A stretch of 64,000 bases of DNA from an uncultured Cytophagia bacterium (GCA_964436305.1 CAYTCI010000007.1:20825-84824); one strand, 5' to 3'; positions 30,566 to 39,443 are shown, counted from the first letter of the stretch. The notes: generated by a model not told the origin, from the sequence alone. Numbers and translations are program-made.

Positions 30566-31200
30566 ACGGATTCCAGCACGGTATCGATCTCCAGCTTGGA
30601 AATGGCGCCCTCGCGCAGTATCCGCACGGGCAGGCGCGTCACATCGACGACGGTGGAGGGCGTCGTCGACAAGGTCCCGGAACCATCGATGATCAAATCG
30701 AGCTGGTCGCCGAACATCTTTTGTACCTGTGCTGCGGTGGTCGCGGGCAGTTCGCCACTGCGGTTGGCACTGGTCGAAATGATCGGAAAACCGCTGCTCT
30801 TGAGCAGGGCCAGGCAGATGGGGCAGTCCGGAATCCGGATGGCGATCGTGTGCGAGCGGTGGAAAAGAGATCCCTGCAGACCCTTGCCGACGCGAAAGAC
30901 AAGCGTCAGCGGACCCGGCCAGAAATTCTCCATCAGACGTTCGGCTGACTCGGGGATCTCCTCCACCAGGTCACTGATCTGGATGAGGTCGGCGGCGATG
31001 ACGATCAGCGCCTTGCTGTGATCCCGGTTCTTCAGGGAGTAGATCCGGTCGACCGCTGTGGTGGAAAAAATATTGGAACCGATGCCATAGACGGTTTCGG
31101 TCGGATAGCCAATGACGCCGTCCTGCTGCAGAACGCGCACGGCCCGGCTGATCAGATCATCTTCCGGCTGCCGGGGATCGATCTTGAGGAGTTCACTCAT
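30562..31200 (-). CDS. tsaC: L-threonylcarbamoyladenylate synthase (YrdC/Sua5)
   Basis: YPTETVYGI, LK.R...K, WPGPLT, IRIPD, STSAN.SG, PSTVVD. Confidence 0.92.
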   Translation of the reverse strand: MSELLKIDPRQPEDDLISRAVRVLQQDGVIGYPTETVYGIGSNIFSTTAVDRIYSLKNRDHSKALIVIAADLIQISDLVEEIPESAERLMENFWPGPLTLVFRVGKGLQGSLFHRSHTIAIRIPDCPICLALLKSSGFPIISTSANRSGELPATTAAQVQKMFGDQLDLIIDGSGTLSTTPSTVVDVTRLPVRILREGAISKLEIDTVLESV

Positions 31201-32233
31201 CTTCATTCTTTCGCGTAACCATTCGCTCGATCTCGTCAAAAACCTGTTCCGGAGTGATGCCGGTCATACAGGCATGGGTGCCAATGGGGCAGGTACGGCC
31301 GCCGTGGATCGAGCAAGGCCGGCACGGGAGATCCCGCTGCACCACAATCGACCGATCGCTGAGAGGCCCGAAACCGAATGCGGGAACGGTTGGACCAAAG
31401 AGGGCGATCGTCGGGGTCCCTGTTGCCGAGGCGGCATGCAGCGGGGCGCTGTCGTTGCTCACCAGCAGGGCAGCGCGCCGGATCACTTCGGCGGACTGGC
31501 GGAAGGTGAACTCGCCCGCTCCATTCAGCCAGCGGCCCGCCAGCCCCTGACTGATCCCGGCGCACAAAGGGCGATCCTCGGCCCCACCAATCCAGACTAT
31601 TGACCAGCCCGCCCTGGCGATCTGCTCGGCCAGCCGGCGGAACGAGGCCGCCGGCCACCGTTTGGTCGCCCAGATCGATCCGGGTGCGATGGCGATCAGG
31701 GGCTGGCCTGGCTCCACCAGATCCGCAAGGCGTTGATCCACCACCGCACAGTCTGCCGGCGTGGGGAATATCTGCGGCCGCTGCGGGCCGGGGAGGATGC
31801 CCAGCGCCGTCAACAGCGAGAGATTCCGCTCCACTTCATGGCGTGTCCGGTCGTAGCGCACCTTGTGGGTCAGCAAGAAGGCTCCGCTGCTGGTATCAAA
31901 GCCGACGCGGATCCCGGCCCGGCTGCACCAGGCCAGCAGGGCGCTGCGCAGGGAGCGGTGCGGCGTCAGGACCAGCGTGTAGTGCTCCCGCCGCAGCCGT
32001 CTGGCCAGGGCGATGAAACCGCGGCAGCCCGCCTGACTCTTGCGCTTGTCATAAAGAATGGCTTGCCGCAAGGCAGGATGGGTTTCGACCAGCGGGCCCG
32101 CCGCCGGGATCACCATGATATCGATGGCCGCCTCGGGAAAATGGGCGCGGCAGGCCTGAATCAACCCCGTCGTCAAAAGGACATCGCCGATGTAGGCGGT
32201 CTGGATGATCAATATCCTGTCAATGCGGCGCAA
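31193..32233 (-). CDS. waaF: LPS heptosyltransferase II (GT9)
   Basis: QTAYIGDVLL, HRSLRSA, APGSIW.TKRWP, NDSAPLH.A, FGPTVP.FGF.P, CRPCSIHG. Confidence 0.8.
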   Translation of the reverse strand: MRRIDRILIIQTAYIGDVLLTTGLIQACRAHFPEAAIDIMVIPAAGPLVETHPALRQAILYDKRKSQAGCRGFIALARRLRREHYTLVLTPHRSLRSALLAWCSRAGIRVGFDTSSGAFLLTHKVRYDRTRHEVERNLSLLTALGILPGPQRPQIFPTPADCAVVDQRLADLVEPGQPLIAIAPGSIWATKRWPAASFRRLAEQIARAGWSIVWIGGAEDRPLCAGISQGLAGRWLNGAGEFTFRQSAEVIRRAALLVSNDSAPLHAASATGTPTIALFGPTVPAFGFGPLSDRSIVVQRDLPCRPCSIHGGRTCPIGTHACMTGITPEQVFDEIERMVTRKNEDE

Positions 32234-33146
32234 CCGGGGGGGTATCCTCTCTGGCTGTGGTCACGGGCGGCGGGGTCTTCCAGCGTTTGTGCATCCAGAG
32301 CCAATGATCGGGGTAGCGACGGATATAGCCCTCGAGCGCTCGGGCATGGCGCTGGGTCAGGGTATGGATGTTTTCCGGGGTGACCCCCTCGAGGTCGCTG
32401 TGGTCGAGACTCTCGAGAAAAAGAGTATGACGGCCCTTCTCGCCCCGTACCACAACGCCGAAGATCAGGGGTGCTCCGGTTTTAAGGGCGAAGAGCGCCG
32501 GACCCGCTGCGGTCGAGGAGGGCCGGCCGAGAAAGTCGACAAAGACCCCTTCGGCATGCGCATCCTGGTCCGCCAGGATGGTGATAAACTTGTTGGCCTC
32601 CAGGGCACGAAAAATCGAACGCACTCCCATCCCCAGCCGGGCGAGTTCAATCCCCCAGGTCGTGCGGTTCTGGTTGATCATCTTGTTGACAAAAGGATTG
32701 CGCTGGTCGCGCGCCAGCCCCACCATGGGAAATCCCATGCGATGAATCAGTGCAGGGAAAAACTCCCAATTGCCAAAATGGCCGGAGACGCACACCGCGC
32801 CATGCCCATCGTCTCCAGCGGCCACGAGCACCTCTCCACCGCTGACCTGGATATACCGGGCATAAAAAGCCTCATCCATCAGGGGGATACGGATGAATTC
32901 GACGATATTTTGGCCGAAATTGCGGTAGGTGTGACGGCCGATCCGCCGGACCTCTTGCACTGTTTTTTCGGGAAAGGCAGCGGCGATGTTCCTCAGGGCA
33001 ACCTGCTTGCGGATCGGCACCAGATAATAGGCGAAATAACCCAGACCGGCCCCCATGGCCAGGGCGACGCGATGCGGCAGCAGCCGGATCGGCAGGGCAA
33101 AAAGCTGCGCAAGCAGATATTCAACGACATTCTGGAGCTTTTTCAT
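32220..33146 (-). CDS. lpxL: Lipid A late acyltransferase (LpxL/HtrB family)
   Basis: HX4E motif GHFGNWE, LADQ, FLGRP, YPDHWLWMHKRWK. Confidence 0.88.
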   Translation of the reverse strand: MKKLQNVVEYLLAQLFALPIRLLPHRVALAMGAGLGYFAYYLVPIRKQVALRNIAAAFPEKTVQEVRRIGRHTYRNFGQNIVEFIRIPLMDEAFYARYIQVSGGEVLVAAGDDGHGAVCVSGHFGNWEFFPALIHRMGFPMVGLARDQRNPFVNKMINQNRTTWGIELARLGMGVRSIFRALEANKFITILADQDAHAEGVFVDFLGRPSSTAAGPALFALKTGAPLIFGVVVRGEKGRHTLFLESLDHSDLEGVTPENIHTLTQRHARALEGYIRRYPDHWLWMHKRWKTPPPVTTAREDTPPVAPH

Positions 33147-33176
33147 CTTATAATGTAAGACAATCCGGTGAATAAT

Positions 33177-34223
33177 TCAAGATTTGATTCCGTCCTCCTC
33201 TTCATCCTCTTTCCCGGGTCCGGCGCTCTCCGCATCGGGCGCCGGCGGCCGGCGAGGCATGAGGTGGGGCGCTACCCAGGGTGTCTCCTCGTAAACCGGG
33301 TCCTCCTCTGCGGGCCAGCCAGCCTCCACCACAGGCCGCGTACCCTCCCATTCCGCCAGCTTGCGGCGGTTGCGGCGACGGATGATCAAAAAGACCAGCA
33401 GAAAAAGAAGGGGCAGAGCCAGCCAGATCAGCTCATCCACTTCACTCAACCAGAGCCACTTCTGGGTCCGCTCCAGATAGCCGCGCCATTCCCGTTCAAA
33501 ACCTGCGACTGTACTGCCGGTGGCGCGCAAAAAAAGGCGATCGGGATCCTCCCCGGCCGCGATCCCTGAGAGCAGGGTGCGCAGCGCCTCGGCATCATAG
33601 GTGGCCAGCAGGTAGCGGACGGCGGAGTAACTCTCCTGATAGGCAAGCTGGGCACGGTTCGGGTCGAATTGCAGCACCGCATCGATCTCCTGCAGGGGGA
33701 TCAGCGAGCCGGTGGCCAGGGCCCGCGAAAGCAGGCTTTTGTTCTCGTACTCGGCATGCTCGGCATAAAAGATCGCCATCCCCTCATCGATCCAGCGGGG
33801 CAGGGTGCGGTTGCCGATCCGCTGATGCAGCAAGAGATGCAGCAGTTCGTGGACCAGACTCTGCCGCAGAGAAGCCTCCGGACGATCCCAGCGCGGCGAA
33901 CGGACGACCATGGTGGCGGCCGCAGGAATGGCGAACGCCTGCGCCCACTCGGGCAGCTCGCCGTGAAGATAGTCCCGGAACCACGCCCGGCTGGGCGCAA
34001 TCAGAACATGCAGGGTCTCCTGCTGCGCCAGGGCCAGATCGTGCTGGATCTCTTCACTCGCCTGCCGCAGAACTGTTAGGCTCTCCTCCACAAAGCGTGC
34101 ATCCTCGGCGCTGGCATAGAGGCAGATCCGCTCCCGACAATGGCGGATCAGGGGCGAGGAGGGCGTCTGCGCACCGGCCATCGTCAACAGCAAAAGGACA
34201 AAGAAAAGCCCGCGTGATCGCAT
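33177..34223 (-). CDS. Peptidase MA-like (gluzincin) metallohydrolase, membrane-anchored
   Basis: Signal peptide, HELLH, WIDEGMA, AYQES, C-terminal TM and acidic tail. Confidence 0.8.
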   Translation of the reverse strand: MRSRGLFFVLLLLTMAGAQTPSSPLIRHCRERICLYASAEDARFVEESLTVLRQASEEIQHDLALAQQETLHVLIAPSRAWFRDYLHGELPEWAQAFAIPAAATMVVRSPRWDRPEASLRQSLVHELLHLLLHQRIGNRTLPRWIDEGMAIFYAEHAEYENKSLLSRALATGSLIPLQEIDAVLQFDPNRAQLAYQESYSAVRYLLATYDAEALRTLLSGIAAGEDPDRLFLRATGSTVAGFEREWRGYLERTQKWLWLSEVDELIWLALPLLFLLVFLIIRRRNRRKLAEWEGTRPVVEAGWPAEEDPVYEETPWVAPHLMPRRPPAPDAESAGPGKEDEEEDGIKS

Positions 34224-34591
34224 CAACGGCCCTCCGGCGGCTGTAAAAAGGAGCGGCAAACCGCCGCCATCGCCAGGATCTGGCGGACCGCCGTTTCCCG
34301 CAGGCACTGCGGCTGTCTGGCCAGACAGGCTTCCATCCGGCACTGCCGGTTATGGTCCGGACAGCTGCTGGCGGCATGCGCCTCAGCCAGGGTGCGCAGT
34401 TCTGTGAGCATCTCCTCCTGCGCAAAGCGCTTCGCCTGCACCCGGAGGCCAAACTCGATCGTCTTTTCCTGGACAAAACGATGGGCCTCGAGAAGTTCCG
34501 CCGGCGAGATCAGCCCGAGCAGCTCCTGCAGTCCCTCTCCCGAAAGGAGCGATCGAATCAGATCGAGTTTCCGGTTTATCCGCAGTGCCAT
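34223..34591 (-). CDS. Small hypothetical protein with Cys cluster
   Basis: ATG 34591 with GGAGGG upstream; C-x6-C-x4-C-x6-C; its stop abuts the peptidase ATG. Confidence 0.6.
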   Translation of the reverse strand: MALRINRKLDLIRSLLSGEGLQELLGLISPAELLEAHRFVQEKTIEFGLRVQAKRFAQEEMLTELRTLAEAHAASSCPDHNRQCRMEACLARQPQCLRETAVRQILAMAAVCRSFLQPPEGR

Positions 34592-34607
34592 GGCCGGCCC
34601 TCCTCCC

Positions 34608-35111
34608 TCACTCCACTCTCTCGAGCAGCAGGTCGAGCAGGGCAAGAACCACCCGGCGAATCGTGGCTGGCTTGTGACTCTGGAAGAAGAGAAAGCGGGC
34701 GGAGGGAGAGAGGAGGGTGTAGGGTTTGAGGGCACCTTCCACAACCGGCAGCGCCTGCTGGCCGAGGTCGGCAGCGATGACAAGGGGAGCGGCAAAAGCG
34801 GCGGTCGTGTCGTCCACCAGATCGCGGCAGGCGGTGTAGGAGGCTTCATCAAACCAGTCAAAATGGGCGATACAGCCGAGCATCCTGGTGCCGACCAGGT
34901 CCCAGGCAAAGGATTGCCGATAGCCGATGCCGTAGCAATAGAGCACCAGTTCGCGATGGATGGTGAGCGAGCCCAGCAGCAGATCCTCACGCCCCAAGCG
35001 GAGATCGGGGCAGAAGGCCTGGAGAAAGGTGCGGCTGCCCGCTCCGCCAGGGCCAAGAACAATGATCTCGGCCGCGCGCTGAATTGCGCCTTCGTCCTCT
35101 GTTCGCTGCAT
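34608..35111 (-). CDS. Degenerate MglA/CvnD-like small GTPase fold (pseudo-GTPase)
   Basis: IIVLGPGGAGSRTF (P-loop Lys lost), LLGSLTI..LVLYCYG, SFAWDLVG..MLG.I..D, PLVIAAD. Confidence 0.65.
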   Translation of the reverse strand: MQRTEDEGAIQRAAEIIVLGPGGAGSRTFLQAFCPDLRLGREDLLLGSLTIHRELVLYCYGIGYRQSFAWDLVGTRMLGCIAHFDWFDEASYTACRDLVDDTTAAFAAPLVIAADLGQQALPVVEGALKPYTLLSPSARFLFFQSHKPATIRRVVLALLDLLLERVE

Positions 35112-35275
35112 AGGGGGCCTTCAAAACGCCGTTTCGCCGCTGCGCCCCCCGCAGAAGGATCAGGGCCGGAGCGCGGTCAGCTTTTGCCTGATGAGTAAAA
35201 GATCCGCCCGCTGCAGAACGATCTGGTGCGGCCCCGGCGCCGGAGCCGCATCCTGTACGGCCGCTGCATCAGGAG

Positions 35276-36361
35276 TCAGTTGAGGTTTTTTTTTTGGCTG
35301 CCGTTGCGGGTGAAAAAGGATGCAATACGCGAGAACGAGTCGGCACTCCCCTGCTGCGCCGCTGCCAGCTTGAGCGAGATATCGCGGGCGATCAGGTCGG
35401 TATCAGATGCCGTTCCGGGCGTAAGGAGGATGCGATGATCGGCCATCAGGCCCTGGATGATCTCGAGGGTCTGCAGAGCATCGGTCGGCATGGCCGCCAG
35501 CAGCAATCGCAGGGGCTGCGGCTTTTCCAGCAGGCTCCAGATCCGCGCTTCGGCTTCATCGGACTCCGGGGCAGCCACCCCTTCCGCGCGGGCCACATAA
35601 CGATCCAGCGACGCCAGCTGGGCCGCCTGATTTTTAAATTCCTGCAGACGCTGCGATCCGGCCTGCAGCAGCTCCTGGTTGGATCGGGTGATTCGCAGCT
35701 CGCGCTCGACCGGCTGCATGGTCAGGTCAAAATAGCCCTGGAGCCAGATCATCATGTTCAGCAGCGCTTCCTCGGGTGGATACTCCTTGAGCACCGCATC
35801 CACGACCACCCCTTTGTCGACGAAGACCAGTCCCTCTTCCGGCTCCTGTACCAGGTGAACCATCGCCGATTTTTTGCCGAGTTCGAGGGTCTGGATCAGG
35901 TCGATCAGCGACATCTCCTCCAGGCTGCCGGTGAATCCCTGGGTCAAGGAGGTCTCGCCGTTCAGGGCTGCGGCGCTCTCCTGCAAGATCGTCTCCACCC
36001 GGGCGACGACCTCTTCAGGAGCGTAGGGTTTGGCAATGAGATCGTCGATCTCGAGCGCCAGCAGCTTGAGCCGCTCCTCCAGCTCCATCTGCCGGGTGGT
36101 GAAGATAAAGGGCGTCTCCTTGAGCGTCGGATGGCTGCGCACCTGCTGGTAAAGGGCCAGGCCGTCAATCCCCTCCTGTTCCACTTCGCTGAGGATCAGC
36201 ATGGGGTGGTCGGTGACCGCGCGCTCCAGGGCCGTGCTGCTCTCCGGCAGGATCAGGCTCTCAAGATGATGATCGCGCAAGGCGCCGGCAAGGGCGGCCG
36301 TCGTCGCGCCATCGCCATCGACAATGAGGATCAGGGGATTGTGGTTGCGAGTCTCGGTCAT
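35276..36361 (-). CDS. Pseudo-receiver + DUF4388/PATAN protein
   Basis: ILIVDGD, LILSEVE (phospho-Asp->Glu), IAKP; GFTGSLEEMSLIDLIQTLELGKKS, G..VDA, EEALL.M..W..G.F. Possible -1-frame extension to 35160. Confidence 0.8.
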   Translation of the reverse strand: MTETRNHNPLILIVDGDGATTAALAGALRDHHLESLILPESSTALERAVTDHPMLILSEVEQEGIDGLALYQQVRSHPTLKETPFIFTTRQMELEERLKLLALEIDDLIAKPYAPEEVVARVETILQESAAALNGETSLTQGFTGSLEEMSLIDLIQTLELGKKSAMVHLVQEPEEGLVFVDKGVVVDAVLKEYPPEEALLNMMIWLQGYFDLTMQPVERELRITRSNQELLQAGSQRLQEFKNQAAQLASLDRYVARAEGVAAPESDEAEARIWSLLEKPQPLRLLLAAMPTDALQTLEIIQGLMADHRILLTPGTASDTDLIARDISLKLAAAQQGSADSFSRIASFFTRNGSQKKNLN

Positions 36362-36369
36362 CGGGCGGT

Positions 36370-38541
36370 CTATTTCATCGTCGTGGGATGCAGGGTTTCA
36401 GCCGGCCGCCCCGGACGGGATTGGGGACGGTAAAAGGTTGCAAAAAGACGGAAGATGATCCGGCGCGAATTGACCGTGGAGAGATCGCTTACCAGCAGCA
36501 GTCCATCGCGCTCGCGCAATCCCAGCCGCTGCCGGATGACCCGTTCCTCCAGCGGCTTTTGCAGAAATTCATTATAGGCAAAGACCACGACCAGGGGTAG
36601 CGCCGCCTTGGCGCGCAGCACCTGCTGCAGATAACGCTGATATCCCCAATCCACCTGGCGGCCATCGATGAGGATGACAAAACCCAGCAGTGAGCCGGCG
36701 AAAAAATCGATGACCGGGGCAAATTCGCGCGCCAGCGACAGAGCGACAAGATTGAGGAGATGTCCGCCGCGGAATTCGGCGGTGCCGAGGAGCAGATCTG
36801 AATCCTGCGGCTGAAAAGCGCTCTTCTCCTGGATCTGCTCGGCTGAAAGGCTGGCAACCATCTGCCGGCATAATTCACGGTTGTTGCCGAGCACCAGGAT
36901 CGCACCATGCGCGCTGCGGAAGCGCTGCTGCAATCGCAGAGTGCGCTCCAGTTCGCGCACCTCGGAGCGTTCTGCGGTTTCCTCGTGCGGGGCGGGCGCA
37001 AAGGGCGGCATCCGCTCCTCTTTCAGGACGGCCGGAGGCGCCTGGGAGCCGGTGTCGACGATGATGCCGCCAAAGGCCTCCTCCGGCGCGGGACCCTCCG
37101 CCAGCTCATCCTCCATCTCGAGCTGGAGCAGGGCATCGGCTGCATGCTGTGGAATGACGTGTCCGAGATCGCTGAAAACCAGCCCGCCATCCTCACCCTT
37201 GGGGCTGCCGAAAAGATCCTGCTCCGCGGCATCGGCATGGCGCAGGTCATAAAAAAGGTCCTGCTCAAAGCTGCTGTCAGCGTCCCAGCGCGGCGGCTCC
37301 TGGGCCGGCAGCGGTGTCGGTTCTTCAACCGGCGGCAGGGGAGGCGCTGCGGCCGGCACCTCCGGTAAGGCGGCCGGCGGGAGTGGCTCCGGCTGCTCGA
37401 AGGCCGGCGGGTTAACCGCGGCGGCCTCGGCGCCGATCTCCTCGTGCAGCAAGTCCTCTGCGCTGGCGGCACCAAGCGCCCGTTCGACATGCTCAAGGGT
37501 ATCCGGGGCGGAGTCATAGCGGCCGGCACTCCCGGCTGCTTCTGCACCGCTCTCCACCGCCCCGGCCTCCGGCGTCGTACCGCCGGGGCTGAAATCCCGC
37601 AAAACGTGCAAAAATCCCAGCTCGTACAGCTTTAGAATCCGTTGCAGCGTGGTGATCTCGTCATATTTGCTTTCATCAATGATCCGTCCGAGCGAGTGAA
37701 TGCCGTCAAACAGGGAGACGAAGTATTCCAGATCCGATGCAAGAGCCTTGCGGGCGATGATTTTTTTAAAATTCTGCGTGGTCACCAACACGGTTTCAAG
37801 CGCCGGCAGATGTCGCAGAATCTCCTCGCGTTGTTCCATTCTCTTGGCTCCTTGCAGTAACAAGCCCATGTTGCTGACCCCGATTTCACTCGTGCCGGTC
37901 ACGGGAGCGAACACCATGGTGAATCGGCCCTTGTCCCAGGCGAGCATCTTGAAAACCGCCTCTTCACTGCGCTGGAGGCCGACCGAAGCCTGGGTGACCG
38001 CACCCTGATTGAAGAGGATTCGCCCGGAAACCCCATTCTCGTTGTAAATCGAGAGGACGCCGCTCTTCCGTTCCGCCCCAAAGACCTCGATCAGTTCGCT
38101 GACGCTGAGGTCGGCCAGCCGGCCGCCGAACTGGTTGCGGCTGCGTTTGCGCGCCTGCCGGTTGCGTTCGCGCCGCCGGAGGACCATCTGCACCCGGCCG
38201 ACGATCTCGCGCACATGAATCGGCTTGACAATGTAATCCTTCGCCCCCAGTTTGAAGCTCTTGACGCGGTTCCAGACATCGCTTTTCTGGGTGAGAAAGA
38301 TAACCGCACAATGGCGGTTGAGGGAGGACTGCTGGACCTGGTCCAGGAGGGCATAGCCGTCAATGCCTGGTGCCGCCACCTCTGCCAGGATGGCATCGAA
38401 CGCATGCCCGGAGAGTTTCTCCAGCGCTTCGCCATTGTTCGCAGCGGCATCCACCTCGAAATGTAAATCGAGGAAGTTGTTACGCAGGATGCGGACATTC
38501 TTGGGATCGGGATCGATGAGCAGTATGCTGAGCGGATTCAT
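36370..38541 (-). CDS. Pseudo-receiver + DUF4388/PATAN + acidic linker + pseudo-GTPase fusion
   Basis: ILLIDPD, AILAEV, DYIVKP; FGGRLADLSVSELIE, G.I.F..G.V..A, W.KG.F; C-terminal FFAGSLLGFVILID and IRQRLGL match the MglA-like GTPase fold. Confidence 0.8.
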   Translation of the reverse strand: MNPLSILLIDPDPKNVRILRNNFLDLHFEVDAAANNGEALEKLSGHAFDAILAEVAAPGIDGYALLDQVQQSSLNRHCAVIFLTQKSDVWNRVKSFKLGAKDYIVKPIHVREIVGRVQMVLRRRERNRQARKRSRNQFGGRLADLSVSELIEVFGAERKSGVLSIYNENGVSGRILFNQGAVTQASVGLQRSEEAVFKMLAWDKGRFTMVFAPVTGTSEIGVSNMGLLLQGAKRMEQREEILRHLPALETVLVTTQNFKKIIARKALASDLEYFVSLFDGIHSLGRIIDESKYDEITTLQRILKLYELGFLHVLRDFSPGGTTPEAGAVESGAEAAGSAGRYDSAPDTLEHVERALGAASAEDLLHEEIGAEAAAVNPPAFEQPEPLPPAALPEVPAAAPPLPPVEEPTPLPAQEPPRWDADSSFEQDLFYDLRHADAAEQDLFGSPKGEDGGLVFSDLGHVIPQHAADALLQLEMEDELAEGPAPEEAFGGIIVDTGSQAPPAVLKEERMPPFAPAPHEETAERSEVRELERTLRLQQRFRSAHGAILVLGNNRELCRQMVASLSAEQIQEKSAFQPQDSDLLLGTAEFRGGHLLNLVALSLAREFAPVIDFFAGSLLGFVILIDGRQVDWGYQRYLQQVLRAKAALPLVVVFAYNEFLQKPLEERVIRQRLGLRERDGLLLVSDLSTVNSRRIIFRLFATFYRPQSRPGRPAETLHPTTMK

Positions 38542-38592
38542 TCGCTGCTTTTCCAGGTTGCCGTTGCGATGTGCCTATACCAAACCGGTAAA

Positions 38593-38621
38593 AATTTATC
38601 TAAAAATATGCCCTATGTCAA
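38593..38621 (-). promoter_or_regulatory. sigma70 promoter TTGACA-N17-TAAATT
   Basis: Perfect -35 upstream of the Rec-DUF4388 operon. Confidence 0.7.
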
Positions 38622-38632
38622 GGTTTTTCTAT

Positions 38633-38660
38633 AAAAAAGAAAGCCGGGAAAATCCCGGCT
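38633..38660 (-). terminator. Rho-independent terminator after the ZAS gene
   Basis: Minus strand AGCCGGGA-ttt-TCCCGGCT followed by TTCTTTTTT. Confidence 0.8.
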
Positions 38661-38699
38661 CTCCAGCCACCCCTGGTCTGTTTGCTTGTCAAATACCCT

Positions 38700-39344
38700 C
38701 TAGGCCACCCGCTCCTGAACCCGGGCGAGTATCTTTTGCCGGCTGCGGCTCCGGCCCTGCATGCCAAAATAGAAGAGCCGATTGTTCAAAAATTCAAAAT
38801 TGACCAGCGGGATCCGTGCCGCGCCGGCGGGGGTAAACTCGGCCCGGGCAAAAAGCCCCGGCGCCTCGAGCGTGCAGGGGGCACAGCGGCCATCGCCTTC
38901 ACCCCAGAGAAAGAGCAGAAGCTGGTTCCGCTGCGGGTCGCTGTAGACCATCACCCCGATCTGATCGCTGCTCAACTCAAAATCCGCCAGCGTGCGCTTG
39001 CTGCCGTCGCCATTGGCCGAAAAAGCCAGCGTGGCCAGGTAGGCTTTCGCCGCCTGCCGGTCTTTTTCAGGAACGGGGCGGCAAACCAGAAGACCATATT
39101 TAACTGAAGGATAGGCGCGCTGCTTGCAGAAGTCCAGCAAGCCCGGCCGGATCGGACGATCCAGTTCTTTGGCAAATAGGGAATAAAAGAGGTGCAGTTG
39201 ATGCACTCTCTTGGCGCAGCGGGGGCACTCTTCGATGTGGGATTGCAGTGATGCTCTGCTTCTTACCGCGGCCAGTTCTCCAATACAAAACAGCTCGAGC
39301 TCTCTGGTGCCGGGGCAACCGACGGGTCTGTATCGCTCGCTCAT
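38700..39344 (-). CDS. Soluble ZAS (zf-HC2) zinc-finger protein, anti-sigma-like
   Basis: C..RELELFCIGEL..SLQSHIEECPRC (HxxxCxxC); no TM segment. Confidence 0.65.
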   Translation of the reverse strand: MSERYRPVGCPGTRELELFCIGELAAVRSRASLQSHIEECPRCAKRVHQLHLFYSLFAKELDRPIRPGLLDFCKQRAYPSVKYGLLVCRPVPEKDRQAAKAYLATLAFSANGDGSKRTLADFELSSDQIGVMVYSDPQRNQLLLFLWGEGDGRCAPCTLEAPGLFARAEFTPAGAARIPLVNFEFLNNRLFYFGMQGRSRSRQKILARVQERVA

Positions 39345-39443
39345 GGTCTGTGCTTATCCAGGCTCAGGCCTGGCTCCCTGTTTGTTACACCCTCCTATTA
39401 CTAATATGTAACATACAGACAATGAGGAGCGAATACGGAAAAT

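Noticed and set aside
30562-31200. tsaC embedded between two heptosyltransferases
   Set aside because: Ordinary operon packing of housekeeping genes; no evidence for a functional link.
34392-35198. 268-aa plus-strand ORF across the pseudo-GTPase gene
   Set aside because: Antisense, low-complexity, no RBS; the minus-strand genes explain the region.
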